Positions 12,550-25,990 of a stretch of DNA of 64,000 bases are shown here, piece by piece (positions within the stretch are counted from its first letter, which is position 1; the number at the start of each line of letters is the position of its first letter). The stretch comes from Camelus dromedarius (lineage: Eukaryota), in the NCBI RefSeq assembly GCF_036321535.1, contig NC_087437.1, positions 67,644,001 to 67,708,000 on the forward strand, written 5' to 3'. Position numbers and translations under genes: made by a program. A model generated the notes under the pieces. That model was not told the origin of the DNA, searched no databases, and was given only the letters and a program-made list of their open reading frames with translations.

Positions 12550-12730
12550 TCTTTGCTTATTTGGTTCCCTAGTTAGCTTATGGCTACTTGCAAACAGAGA
12601 CCTTGCATTTCTGTGAGTCTTCAGCATTTATCACAGCTCCTTCCAGGGTGGTCCCAGTAAGTATTTGTTGAATGACTGGATGAATGAATGAATAAATGAT
12701 ACTATACATGCATGGATAAATGAATACATG
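12550..12730 (+). mobile_element. L2 3' end with (TGAA)n tail
   Basis: cagtaagtatttgttgaatgactggatgaatgaatgaataaatga. Confidence 0.75.
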
Positions 12731-15700
12731 AAAGCATTAGCATATTAAGTATGGTTAGCCTACAGAGGCTTGGTGTGAATGGAGACTTACAAATCTTTTA
12801 GGTTCTAGGAAGAAACCAATAAACAAACAAACTTCTGGATTCAGTAATGCCTGGAAGACATTACTTCTGTTGCTCAGTAGTGCCCCTCCATGGTTGCTTC
12901 CTGCGTCACACTGTAAATGAACTCCTCTTCAACAACTACTTGTTACCTCCTTCAGTTTCCTGTCCAGTTGTGAGAGAGCTGGAAAAATAGGAGAGAAAAC
13001 GAGCTCTCTTAAATGAAAGGGAAAAATGGTGGATTAAAAAGTAGGTAGAAAAACTTGTTTTTCTGACTTCCCTTTTGAAAACACCAAATATTGGGTGCCA
13101 TCACACATTCTCCAGTATCGAGAGCTCTCACACAATTTCACACGTCTGTTTAGTTTGGTCTAGAAGCAAAGGCTCGGTAGTAGTAAGTAGCTGCCACAAA
13201 TGAACATACACTAAGGAAAGTTAATAGCATGAGGGCTGGAGGCTGGTGTCTAAAACACAATTTGCTCCTTACTTGATATTACAGAAGTAGGGAGGAAAGA
13301 TCATTGTCAAAGCAGCATTTTGCTGCAGCCCTATGATAAGCTCTCTAATTAGAATAAGCAGAGGATCCAAGAACAAAGATTTTTTAAATTGGCTTGCAGT
13401 GAGTGCAGGTGATGAAGCAGCTGGCAGAGTTAATAACATACCTTCTATAATTGCCAAAGACCTAGTTCCAGACAGAGTGGGTAATGCCACATTGAAAAGA
13501 GATGAAGAGAAAATTAGATAGGGATGAGGGGGCAAAAAGCATGGGGATGCACAGAAGTAGCAGGTCTGTTAAAGTGGACAAGCAGTCATCTCAGACTGAG
13601 GATATGGAAAGAGGAATTTGGGGAAGGAGTGCAGTGACAGGTAGGTAGGCAGATGGGAAACACCTAGAATATTTGCAAAGAAATAACATTTTGAGTGGGA
13701 AACAGAGTTCTGATTGCTGAGGGCCAGGCTGATTTTGGCTCAGAATGGTTGAATTGGACAAAACATGTTTGAAAGAGACTTGGAGACTGATTCTCAATGT
13801 TTGTTTGCAAAATCAGAAGTAAATATAAGACTCAATGTTTATGCTGAGGAAGTAAAGGATAGGGAAGGATTAGCTTGGGTTACTAGTTGATAATTGAAAT
13901 ATTTTGCCTCAAAGATAGAGACAGAGGTAACTTAGCATGTTGAAAATCATTAAAGGTAAACCAGGAATCAGATTCAATTAAAAAAATTCACTATGCAAAA
14001 ATTTTGCCAATACCTCTGTTCCATTAGAAATAGCTATAACACTGCATTCACCTTGAATCCAAGTTTAGTATCCTATTATATCCTGCTTAAACGTTTTCCT
14101 AAGTAATGCTTCAATATCAGAGATTTGTAGCTGGGGAGAGTATTTGAATTACTGGGAAATATAACAAAATATAAAAATAATCCTCATAGTACTTCAGGTA
14201 TAAGTAGATAAAAGCCGAATAAAACTTTATTGTTAAAAAGCAGAACTCAAAATGCAAAGACCATGAAAAACAGGTAGTTTAACACTGGCTGGCATCAGTA
14301 AAGTATAATGGGAAGAGTTTGTCTAGCTCTAATACAATTTTCATTACAAAAACATTTTACTGAATAAACACACTTGAAAGAAAGACAAACTACATTAGGG
14401 TCATCAACAGAAAAGGACCATACAGGCCCCAAACAAAGGAGCCTTGATGCCAAATCACTCTTCATATTATAATGTCAAGATAATAGAAAGAACCAGAAGT
14501 TCCTATTTAATGTGATCATGGGATAAGTCAGCCCCAAGGGATTCTGGACAGGAAATTTGATAAATAGGTTTTTCTTTTGGAAAGTGTGGGGGTTGTTTAA
14601 ATATCTAAATCCAAGTTTGATATCTTCTTTAATACTGCAAACTTATTGTTTTTTTCCCTGGCTGTATCCTCAAGGTGGATGGTCACAGAGACAGGTAACC
14701 GTGATACACAGCTGCCTCTCTGGTTCTATGACACAGTCAGCATTGCCTTCCTTGCAGAGGAAACTGCGGACTCTAAGCTTGCTGTCCCACTTTCCTGGTA
14801 AGTCAGTTTGTTCTTAACCCTGTCCAGGCAGTCCTATTGCTGATGTATTTTGTCTGCACTCACCATTTCTCAGAAAGGTAGGGCATGCTCAGAATGGGAA
14901 GTCAAATGGGGCATCATTTATGAAAAGAAGGCTTTGTACCAGAAGTGATTGTCTAGAGCTCCGAGTAGTCTGTTGATTTGAGAACTGATTACATGCAAGT
15001 ATTAGGCAAAGAACTGGAGTGAAGAAGGAAGTGGAAAGAGAGAAAATGATTTTAAAGATGTGCAAGAAGAAAAGAGAGTGAGAGAGAAAACAAGGGTCAG
15101 AGATAGTCCTTCTTCTGGTTGAGTAGTGTGGCCTGTTCCTGGATTCCCCATCATTGTGCTCTACCTTTCTGCCAGAGGGCTTCATGTAAAAGCTGCTCAT
15201 CCAGGTGTCCATCTGTGTCTCCTCTGGATCTCTTGACCCCCTTCAACAACATGTCTGCCTACTTGGATATCCCTGAGGTCCATTGCCACCCCTTCCATTT
15301 CTCAGTTCTAATTGCCAGACAAGATGACCCCCAGAGCCTGCAGTTGGATCCGCTCCAGCTGTGCTGTCCCCTCAGGAGGCAAAGCCTCTGAGTCTGCTCC
15401 TTTCCCACCAGGTTCATGGTCATGACTACTGTGGTTCATGACAGGAAGATTTATACTTGATGGTGTGCTTAATTGTTAGCTGTTAGAATATCAGCACATA
15501 CTGCTGCAGTGATGATCTCTTTTCTCTTCAACATTTGCTCATTTCTGGAGTTGACCCAAACTCGCATAGTCAGGGAACTAAGCAGCATCAAGATGGCAGG
15601 CATGATAACATCAGCTCTCCAACTTTTTAGTGTTGAATTTGTCTGGCCCATGGGCTGAATTTGCTGCTAAATTAAATAATTCTTCATATTTAGAATTTTA

Positions 15701-17164
15701 AAAGTGAATTTCAGTTAAGCGAGGCTCACATAAAAGAGTGCTGGATTTCTGTGACAAACGACAGATGGCAAAGCCAAATGCTGACAGCTATGGCAGCTAT
15801 GTATCTGAAACAGGAAACATTTTTCAAGAATCAGTATTGTCATCTCTTTTTCCAGTTCCATTTGAGTGCTAAGAGCAGCTAAGAATCAGATACAAAGAAC
15901 TCCTAAAGAAAAAATAGTTCGTTACTCACCAGGAGTTTCCTGTTGCTTATCAGACTCTACCAAAACTGTGGGTACAAAGGAAATAGTGGTTTCCACTGTT
16001 CAGCTTCCATGTCCGTCTGTGGCATGTGGCAGATGTGTATACCTTGTACACGAGGAGGAGAGGATTGCAGTGTACATGCCTTGGCCACGTTGTGTTCTTA
16101 CTCTAATATTCCTCAGTGGAGAAGTGCTGCTATTTCAGCCAAAGGAAAAAGTGGATTGAGCGTCAGCTAGCAGATTGCCCTTGGCCCTTGGGAGACTGCT
16201 CAGTTTTGCAGAAATAGTCCAGGTCCTTTGATGTTCAGTGCCTTAGTCCCATTCCAGTAGGATACGTATGCATGACCTTGGGAAGGACACCTTATCTTTC
16301 TAAGCCCCAGTGTTATCTGAAAAAGGAAGATAAACATCTTGAACTTCTTACTCCTAGGGATGTTGTCCGACTTAAATTGGGTGGCTTGAAGAAAGTTCCT
16401 AGTAATCTGTAATGAACTGCAGTGTTGCCACGTTACCTTCATTGGGTATTTTCACCATGGGTCTCAGCCCTTCTAAAGAAGCCTTGGGGTAGAAGAGGCC
16501 TGGAGTTATCATCTGCAGTTTGGTTCTTACTCTTCGTGACTATCCAGGAAGTTGATGGGTTGGACAGTGGGGGCTGAGACGCAGCCTCTGTTTGTCACAT
16601 CCTGTATATATCACCTCTCAGCTGCTGTGACTAAAGACTTTGTGACAAAAGCTGGAAAGGATACTTGGCAATTAGTTTCTACTCTATTTTCCTCCCAGGC
16701 TTGCTTCCCAGTGTCAAACACAAGGTTTTCTTTGGTTGTATTCCCTGCCACCCAACTAAGAGTATTTTGCACTTAGTTGAGAAAACACCAGTTAATTCCC
16801 CAGCAAATGGAACCTTCTTGGAACTGAATTCCTGAAAGCCATCAGGACCAGATCTTTGAGAGTCTGACAAGGCTTCATTAAGTGGACACTCAACAGTCTA
16901 GTGTTTTGACACTGCCCTGTGTGTTATGATAAATAACAGTCAGCTTTTGGCACTGAAAATCTGCCCTCTGTACTCAGGACAAATGGACTAGAGTTATTGT
17001 TCAGCCCTCCAATGTGGGTAGCAGTCGTGAGGTCAGCATGGCTTCAAGATCGGGGTGAATCCTTTTATCTACATTATTAAAGACAGCTAGTCATCTTCCC
17101 TAGCTTCCCTGTTGATTCCCTCACCCCCCCACACACACACACACCCAACACACACACAATTTGT

Positions 17165-17765
17165 CACAGGTGCTTCTGAGTGTTCCTTTTAAATACCTTT
17201 TGGATCTGTCCTCTCTACAAAAGAGAGACTTTTCCTTGCCTCATCTGAAACTTGGCAATAACCTTCATGCAACTGACCTTCTGGTAGTAGTTTTCCTCCC
17301 TCAAAATCATCCTTTCTCCACTCTGCTCTCCGAATCCTCTCCAAATACAAAACTGTGACTTTGTTATTCCTTGGTTAATGCTCCAGTGCTTCCCTACAAC
17401 TCTCAGGCTAATGTCCAGATTCATTAGCAGAGAATACAAGGCCTTCCTGTTTCACTCAATAGGCATTTCTCAAATCTGGCACTAAGATCTTCTGCTTCAA
17501 AGTAAACTAGGAAGTTTGTTAAAAATGAGTATTGCAGGACTCACAAAAAAAACTGAATTAGGATTTTGATGGAGGGATCTACAAAATTGACATTTTAAAC
17601 AATAGTCCGAGATGACTTTCATATAAAGTAAGAACCACTGCATGAGATCACGAATACAGTAAACTTTTGGGACCAAGAAAGTAACCATGTCTATTCTTCC
17701 TGTGCCTATTCCCTATATTTTCCTGGCGCTACAATAAGCTCAGTCAAATTTTGTTTAATAAAGAA
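17165..17765 (+). mobile_element. L2 fragments with a nested MER5-like MITE (~17462-17640)
   Basis: L2-like segments (tgactttgttattccttggttaatgctccagtgcttccc; cctggcgctacaataagctcagtcaaattttgtttaat) flank tttctcaaatctggc...cattttaaacaa...agaaccactg. Confidence 0.6.
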
Positions 17766-17814
17766 AATGTATAAAAGGAGCTTAAATCCAAATTCACCAA
17801 GGGGGATATTTGTT

Positions 17815-17965
17815 GTCTAGAAAGAGGCATGAGGAAACCTTACGGTGTGCTGGAAGTTGATCCGCATTGATCTGAGTTACAGCTGTACCTATTTATGTAG
17901 AGGTGAAACTTCACTTAAGATTAATGTATTTTTATGCATTTAACTAGATATGTCATACCTCAACA
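17815..17965 (+). mobile_element. Old L1 (L1MC/ME) 3' end fragment
   Basis: gaaagaggcatgaggaaacctt...tgctggaa...cacttaagatt...tatgtcatacctcaa. Confidence 0.6.
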
Positions 17966-18009
17966 TGAATGACAGAAAATGACTCAATCAATCAGTGAAT
18001 CAAGCCCAA

Positions 18010-18575
18010 CAATTTGCTTCTCCTCATTTTGGTACCCAAAGTGGGTTTTCTCTTGTCTTCCTTATCTTGGTTAATTATCCACCCCTCTAGCCACCAATGC
18101 TCAACTCCTTGGTCATTTTTTAAAAAAATTATTTCTCTTCCTAATTTTCATGAAAACAGTTTTGAAGTCCATTTTTTTCCCTCTAGAATATCCAAAAGGC
18201 TTTCTTGTCCAGCTCAATGACACTGTCCCATTCAGACCCTAATTATTTACAGTTCAGCTCTAATCATGCCTTCTCAACCCAATTTGAGCTCCAGATGGCT
18301 TCATATTGCACAGAAAGTGCTCCTTATGTTTGACCTTCATTATCTGATCTTAACCTTTTTTATGCTGCTTGTTATTCTCTATTGGCCTCAACACCCAAAG
18401 TACTCTATACTTAACTCAATCTTCTTGAACATTATTCTGTGTCCTTGTATCTTTACTCATGCTGCCTTCACTGCCCCAAATGCCCTCATCCCATTTTTCT
18501 CTTCTGAAAGTCTGTACAGTCCAGCTCAAATGCTGCCTTTTCCTCGAAGCTGCCTCTGATCCCCTGCCTGGATAG
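18010..18575 (+). mobile_element. L2 fragment
   Basis: Pyrimidine-rich L2-like tract (tttactcatgctgccttcactgccccaaatgccctc...cagctcaaatgctgcc). Confidence 0.55.
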
Positions 18576-19654
18576 AATCGATTATTCCCAAATGTTCTTA
18601 ATGTGTGAGAGCTTACTGATTCAGAATAAGCATGGGTCCTGCAAGCCTCCAAGCCCAGAGAAGAAATGTCAAGTAGGAAGAGTACCATGTAACAGTGCTC
18701 TAGAGCCGCAGGTCTCTTACACTGTGCAGGCAGACAGTGGGTTCAGGGTGATTAGTATGCATTAGGCATAAAGCAGAGCTGGGGCTCAGTCTCATGCAGC
18801 CACACTTCTGACTGAATGGAAGAGAGGCTGGCCCTTGCACATCAGTTTCCATCCCATGGACATGAACTCACAATCTCCGAAGGATTTCACAGGGCAAGAA
18901 AAAGAGGCTCTTCCATTTTAAAATTCACTTCATTGGTGCATACATGAAAACAGGAGATATTTGTAAGTGTATGTACAAGTAAAATTATGATTAAGGCTTA
19001 ATTTTTTAAAAAGATTTTAATTCAGAAAGCACTTTCATAAATACCTCCTTTAACTCTAGCACTACCTCTCTGGAGGTAGTGTTACTTCTATACCCATTTT
19101 TTTTTAATGAATAAAATGTCTTTTAGAGAGTTTAATCTAAGATTTTAGAGAAAGTATTACATTGAAGACACAAAGCCAAATACTTATAAATCTTGTGCTT
19201 TGAAGTAAAATGTTTTCTAAATATTGTAATTTTACTTAAAATTTCTAAATTGAAGCTAGGAGTAAAAAGTACAGAATACATATGTACAGATCATATATAT
19301 ATGTCATATACATATATATTTATAAATGAATCTTCTGTAACTAAACCTGTGCTGAGATTGGCATTTTCAGCAAACTGCCTAAAGAATAGAGCATAAGGTT
19401 TATACCACTCATTATATGTACCTTTAAGAGTTAAGGCTGTTGGAAGTCTCAATTTCATGTAGCTCTCTTAAAGTATATGTAGACAGTGGGACTCCACTAA
19501 TGAGCCTAGAATTTCTTGAGGCCTTACGTATTAAAGGAAAAAAAACGGTCTTTTATTTTCAAATCTGACTGTTCTGATTTCATCACTGCTGAATTTTTCC
19601 TATATGAGCTATAAAACCCTAATTTTGTGTTTCAGGAAAAGCTTTATAACAATA

Positions 19655-19830
19655 ATAATAGTAATAAAAATAGCCAATATTTATTTTGTTTTATGTGTCA
19701 GTCATTATACTTTGTCACTTAATTCTCATAACTATTGTGTGCCATTAACATTACCATTGTGTCATTAAGACACGTAAGACAAAGAGAAAGTGATTTTCTC
19801 ACCATCACACAATAAGGAGGTTACAGGGAT
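19655..19830 (-). mobile_element. MIR fragment
   Basis: aatagccaatatttatt...tatgtgtcag...tcacttaattctcataactatt. Confidence 0.5.
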
Positions 19831-19836
19831 GGTATT

Positions 19837-20361
19837 TATCTTATCTAACTTTCCTCCTCTAGGTGAAGCAGATTTCAGGGTAATGACTATGAGGCTCAAG
19901 AATGAGAGACTGGGAAAATGAAACTGAGAAAGATGAAAAGTCAATTTAAGAGCATGATATCAAGATGGTCAATGCCATAGTGAAGCTGGACCACACCAGG
20001 ACCTTCTAAAAGGAGAGAGCCAGCCAAGCATTTCTCAGAATTGCCCACCAAAGACTTGATGGGGGCAAACACTGACCCAGTGGCTCTCATCACTCCTCAT
20101 TGAGTGTTACCCAGGGACTTTTAATCCCTGCCATTGGCACACGCACACGCACACACACACACACTTTCTCTTCTGGACTGTACAACTTCATGCTGTTGTG
20201 TTTCAACTAGATTCCCATATTTAACATTGGAGAAAGGCCGAGTCAAAGAGAAAAAGGTGGAGGAACAAGTCAAACTCACATAGAATTTGTTTATCTTGCT
20301 TGGGTTGGAATCAGAGATGAAGTTGAGAGGAGGTGAGGCCAGACACAGGATACATTTAATA
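19837..20361 (-). mobile_element. LTR33-like ERVL LTR (3' LTR of the provirus)
   Basis: Antisense LTR33-like motifs (tctcagaattgcccacc; cagtggctctcatcactcctcattgagtgttacccaggg). Similar to the LTR at 24555-25070. Confidence 0.65.
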
Positions 20362-20534
20362 AGTTTACATCGAGCACTACTAAGAACTGCTTATTCTTTG
20401 CATTAAAACCTACATCATGACTTTTTTTAGCTAGTGGCTAACTGCATTTGCAAAAGAATTCACCTAAAATAATGTACTGTTATATTTAAATTATCCCTAA
20501 TAAAATCAATTAATTTTAAGGAAAGACTTAATAT

Positions 20535-23500
20535 TTAATGATGAGTGGAACAGACTACTTGCTACTGGTCCCAAGGCCAGAACTAATACTTACCTTTCCT
20601 TCTCCCACCACTCTTTCTATATTCCCCTGTCCTCAGTTAACCCTTCAGCTAGTCTGGGATGCTTTCCTGGTGGAGTAACCCAGATCTTCATCCCTTCATC
20701 AGCATCTGAGCTTTATTGGACTATGTTTGCTGCAAATGTGCATTCACTTATCACCAGACCTGGGAGCACAAAAATAAAAGTCCCAAGTATTTTCTTCAGT
20801 CCCAGACATATTCCTCCATATTCCTATTATGGAGGAGAAAACTTTGCTCCCTGTGGTAATCAGGATCGATTTCTCACAACTATACTAACATCTTTCTTAT
20901 CCTCCAGCCCCTGATACCAGGTGGTATTTATAGCATTTATTTACTGGAACCCTTATTGTGTCCCCTAGTGGATATTACCCACCTCTGCAAACCAGGACCT
21001 TTAATCCATCAGACTCTAGTGTTTTAGAAATGAGAAAGGTAAATTTCTCAAGGGGATCATTAAAATTGGTGATGATAAGTGCCAATCTTCCACTCTCTGG
21101 TTTTCAGGACCAAGTATTTATACTAGCTATTGGGGGATGAATCACCGTATGATAGTTATTGGTTTACTTTATACACTTCTTCCTAGAGGACAGAGTTATC
21201 AAAACCTGAAGATATTGACTCTGAGATGGTACCTTAGCTGAGCCTTTAATAGGCCATTCCATTATTCTATTACCCTAACTACTTTATGTGGGCAAGGCTG
21301 GTTTGTACGTATTGTTACACCCCATTAATCACTTGCCCTCCATTAACCCTCTAACTGACATTATTCCCCTTGTATTAATGTTAGCTCAGTCCTTATTTCC
21401 AATAGCTCTCAAAGTGTTTGGGTAGACCCCATTCCCTAATATGCAGTTACTCTGGTAAATGACTATCAGTGCTTTGGAGGGGAAGGAGTAGGTGAAAAAA
21501 GGAAAAAATAAATATATATAGCATTCCAAGGCCTTCTTCAAGGGGACCTAATCTCTCCTTCAGTCAGTGGGCTCTGGCTAGGAGACTTGGTGAGTGCTTT
21601 GCTGAGGATTGTGTTGCACATGACAGATGAATGTGAGTATACTGTATTGTTTGAGAATGTTCAATCTGCCATAGAGAACAGGGTGATTAATGAGATGGTG
21701 AAACCTGTAAGTGATTAACATAAACAGTAAGCTGGGAGCTTATGATGCATAGGTAAAGCTCATAGGATATGTTAAACATAGATAATTAGTAAACAAGGAG
21801 CCTGTGTGACATAGGCAAATTTTGTGAGACATTTATAATACAGATCAGAAATGAGTTAGTAATCCATAAGAAATACTGAAGATAGAAAGAATAAATAGCC
21901 AAGATGATGAAACAACTATGAGTACTAGTTGTAGATATGGATGGAAAGAGCAAGTCACAATTATGTCTTCTCTGAACGACAGCTCCATGTGTACTCTATG
22001 GAAGAGATGCAGATAAAACCCATGGTCGTTCAACACTCTAACTGACAGCATCCTGCTCTGGCCAGTACTTGTCCCTGCATCTTTCTGATAGACCAAGCAT
22101 GAGTTATTGGCCCAGGACACCTTCTGTCTGTGAACCCCCTTGATCTAACTTTAATTCTGGACCTTCTAACCATACCATCAGCAAGAAGGCTAGTATAGCT
22201 GAGAGAGGGAGACAGGATAAGTAAACATTACATAATTCAGGACTTAAGTGGTGTGGTCCTTCTGTCCACTTGTAACATATCCTAAAAATATTAAGTTGTC
22301 TGACCTCACGCCCTTGCCTCTTGCTATGTGTTCTAAAATAATTTAATAAACCATTTAAATGTGTCCTGTGAGCCCTTCTTTTCCATGACCTGTGGGTGAG
22401 ATAACTTGGTAGTAAATTTAGAGGCTACCATTCCATGAAAGCAATTTTCCACATTGCAGTAGGTCAAGGCTACCAGATTCTCACCAGAGAACAGCACCTA
22501 CAGGGTGTAGAGAACAGAGATAGTATAGATCAAGATCAAATGTGCTAGGGTCATTGGAAGTTCAGCCTAGCCAGAGTGGAAAGACCTCATTAGCATCTCC
22601 TTACCAACTCCAGCATCTAGTTGGGACAGTAGAAAGGATGCTTTAGGAATAAAAATTACACTGAAGAATAAGAACTACTTTAGATCTACCTTAGCAAAGC
22701 CCAGGAACTCTTCAGTGATATGAAAACAAACAACACAATTTTCAGAGTAGGTGAAAGATTCTATCAGACATTCACAAATTAAGATACACAAATGGCCAAT
22801 AAGCACATGAAAGATGTTCAGCCATCCAGAGTCCCTATCATTAGAGAACTGCAAATTAAAACCACATTAAGATATCATGTCATACTCATTAGAATAGTTA
22901 AAATTAAGACCTTAAAAATGAAAAAGACCGACCATGCCAAGTTGGTGAGGATAAGGAGCAACTTGAATGATCATACATTCTTGGTGGGACTGTGAAGTGA
23001 TACCACTACTTTGGAGAACAGAGTTTATTATAAAAAATCATATAGCTATTCCTATATAGCCCAGTAAGTCCACTCCTAAGTATTTTACCCAAGAGAAATA
23101 AAGGTATAATTCCATGTAAAGACTTGACAGGAATGTTCTTAGCGGCTTGTTCAAGTTAGCTCAGAGCTGGAAACAGTCCACTATCCATCAGCAGGTGAAT
23201 GTATAAACGAATTGGGATATGTTTCAAAAATGAGATCATAGCAATAAAAAGGCATGAGCTACTGTTGCATGTGATAACGTGGTTGAAACTTTAAGACGTG
23301 TATGATTCTGTTCGTATACGGTTCTAGAACAGGGGAAATAGATCTATAGAGATATAAGATCTGCAGTTGACTGAAGTAGAGTAAGGATAATTTACTGCAA
23401 AGGGCATAAGAGAACGTTTTGTAATGATGAAAAATTTTTTTTATATTGATTAGGGTGGACGTGGGTGTCTGCATTTATCAAAACTCCCTGAACTACATAC

Positions 23501-24554
23501 TTAAAATGTGTGTATTAAGTGTGTTTAAATTGTACCTCAGTAAAGTTGATTAAAATTTCCTTAGTAATTCCCACATCTGACTTTAATTACTGTAGACTAT
23601 CAGAAAATCAGAGCTTTAAGGAGCCATTCCAGCAGGGTATTAGAATTGGTTGTAGGTATTCAGGCCAGAATGTTGAATCCTGTGTCACAGGAGAGTGCAT
23701 CTATGTGAATAACTTCTCTTCATCCAGTCTTATATCCTGCCCTTTGATCCAAGGGGAACCCTTATGATTCATTGTACATATTTACCAAAATCTGCAATTC
23801 TTTTAGTAAAGAAGCTATTATCTTCCAGAGAAGACACTGTTTCCTTGCTTGGGTTTTGGTGAGATCTGATTCTACTTTTGATCTATGGGAATGAGAAGAG
23901 GTGTGCTGGGTCTTGAGGAAGGCAGACAATCTTTCTAGGCATTTGCCTCGGATGAGTTCTCTGCATAGTCTTCAGGCCAGGGGAGGCTGCTGTCATCTGT
24001 GAGGGGAGGGGGGATTTTCTTCTGCTGGCCTAGAGGATTTAGGACAATTTGGGAGTTAAACTTTCTTAGGCTAGTCCACCCAGATATTCCCATTCCAGGT
24101 ATCTCCTCTATCAGGACTCCTTTAGAGTATGAGTCAGGTTGAGGTGATACTTTAGTCTCCTTAGAAATTCTCTCACTCTTAAAAAAAAAAATCTGGGGTC
24201 TAACCTTCAGCACAGGCTACTCTGTTGTTACAGGAGAAGATTTTCTTTCAGTCCTTCTGTGGAAGCCTTTATGGTTTTCATAGCTCACTCTGACTTGATA
24301 GTTGGATTACTACACTGATCATTTTCTTTTTTCATTGTTACCATTGCCTCCATCTGCCACCTATTCTGACCAATAGCCCACATTACCGTAGACTTCACCC
24401 TCACTTATCGTAAGTAAGTGACAGTTTTTCTAATTTTGATGTTACAGCATACCTGGTGTTATTACCACGTGACGAGTCACCAGCAATGGTGAGTGATTCA
24501 GGTTCAGAATTTCATTCTGAAGGTCTAATCTCTAGGGCTAATTATAGTATCAAT
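20535..24554 (-). mobile_element. ERVL (ERV3-16A3/HERV16-like) internal region, deleted and interrupted by an L1
   Basis: Recognised remnants: 3' internal end (ggtcccaaggccagaactaatact...cctggtggagtaacccagatcttcatcc), integrase/protease at 21200-21600, gag at 23560-24550, and a degenerate tRNA-Leu-type PBS next to the LTR at 24555. Confidence 0.7.
22490..23555 (+). mobile_element. Old L1 (L1ME/MC) inserted in the ERVL; 5'-region piece joined to ORF2 C-terminus and 3'UTR
   Basis: ORF 22792-22995 reads MANKHMK...IIRELQIKTTLRYH, matching the L1 ORF2 C-terminal region. The 3' end is aaattgtacctcagtaaagttgattaaaa. Confidence 0.85.
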
Positions 24555-25070
24555 TGCCTTAGACTGGGCTCTACCCAAAGACTTATAAGCAGGTAGTTTA
24601 TCTGGGAAGTGATTTAGGAAATAGAAGCAAGTAACTGCACAGAATTTAATAGGGAAAGACGAAAAGAGAGCATTACTGAGCATTGTTGAGTCATAAAACT
24701 AGAGTTTAGTCCTACTGGAATCTTCTGAAGTCGTATGATATACCTCACTGAATTCTGGCTCTGAGGACTGCCAGTGAAGAGTACTCATCCATTGGCTCTC
24801 ATCCCTGATTGATGAGCATTATCCCAGAGGCAATACCCCCACATTTTGCAGCTGTACATGAGTTGTGCCAAACAGGTCCCCACTGCAGGCTCGTGCTTTG
24901 GTACTGGCAGAGTCATGGGGAAATAAGCAAAGATGCATAGAATGTCATGGAGGTGAAATGCTGGAAGTGCCAAATGAGTCAAATCCTACCTGGAAAAATG
25001 TCTTGCAGCCATGGTTAGAATCAGGAGTGGCCATAAAGATACACAGTGAGGCCAGGAAGTATCTATTAGA
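24555..25070 (-). mobile_element. LTR33-like ERVL LTR (5' LTR)
   Basis: tgccttagactgggctc...gcaggtagtttatctgggaagtgat...catccattggctctcatccctgattgatgagcattatcccagagg. Confidence 0.75.
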
Positions 25071-25111
25071 GGAATCAAACTAGACTTGTTTGACTCCACA
25101 GCTCAAACATT

Positions 25112-25185
25112 GATAGATATAGATATAGATATAGATATAGATATAGATATAGATACAGATATAGATATAGATATGATACAGATAT
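25112..25185 (+). repeat. (GATATA)n hexanucleotide microsatellite
   Basis: Read directly. Confidence 0.95.
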
Positions 25186-25829
25186 GTAACACCTGCAATG
25201 AACCAAGACAAAATTTTGACACCCCCCCAAACTTTTGTGTCTTTAGTTTGGGTGAACTTTAAACCATATTTATAACAATAATTAAATATGTAATAGAATT
25301 TTACAAGGGTTTGCAGACAGAAATGCAGGATATTTTCCAAGAATCTCTCTTTAAGCTGCTGTGTGGTGAAACTCAATATAAAAAAACTTTAAAAATAACT
25401 GGTAATTAGCACACAGTAAGGGTCATACGAGTATACTGACAGAAAACCCATGCTTTCTAAGGCTTTTATGAGAACATCATTTTTTTTTCAAAACCTTTCA
25501 CAGCCAGAGTTAATTTATGAGCATTATTCTCCTAGGTTTTTGAGACATGGCCTATGGACCTGAAGAATAATGTGGCAGAACTAATGTTTGTGTTTTGGCA
25601 AGACTTTATTTATTTATTTTTTAGAAATGCTGAAAGTGAATCACCCCTTTCAAGCTCAGGGGGATGTAATTAATGAGTGCAGAGAAGATGGAGCAGCCTC
25701 CCCCAGCACTGTAATCAAATAATTTTGATATAAAGAAACAAGCTATTAAATATTTGGAGAAGGCCAGAACTACTCTCAAGTCAAGGTCCCCAGACTCTCA
25801 GTCCAATTTTCTTCTCATATTCTGAAGGA

Positions 25830-25990
25830 TTTAGCATCAGAAGAAGTGAATTTAAGTCCTGACTCTGTCTCTTATTTAAGCATCCTCCTGTGTTCTTTAG
25901 CTTCAGGATCTTTGTGTGTAATATGGGGATAATTAAGACAGCACTTTATATCTCAGGCTGCTATAGGGCTAAAATGTCTGATGTTTATAG
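25830..25990 (+). mobile_element. MIR fragment
   Basis: gaatttaagtcctgactctgtctctt...cttcagg...tgtaatatggggataat. Confidence 0.55.

Noticed and set aside
14758..14797. Plus-strand 40-nt exon-like segment (ccttccttgcag...CTG|gtaagt)
   Set aside because: It is not frame-preserving and has no partner exons. Such pseudo-exons are common.
15630..15800. Possible MER103C/hAT remnant
   Set aside because: Similarity to the recalled consensus is too weak to call by eye.
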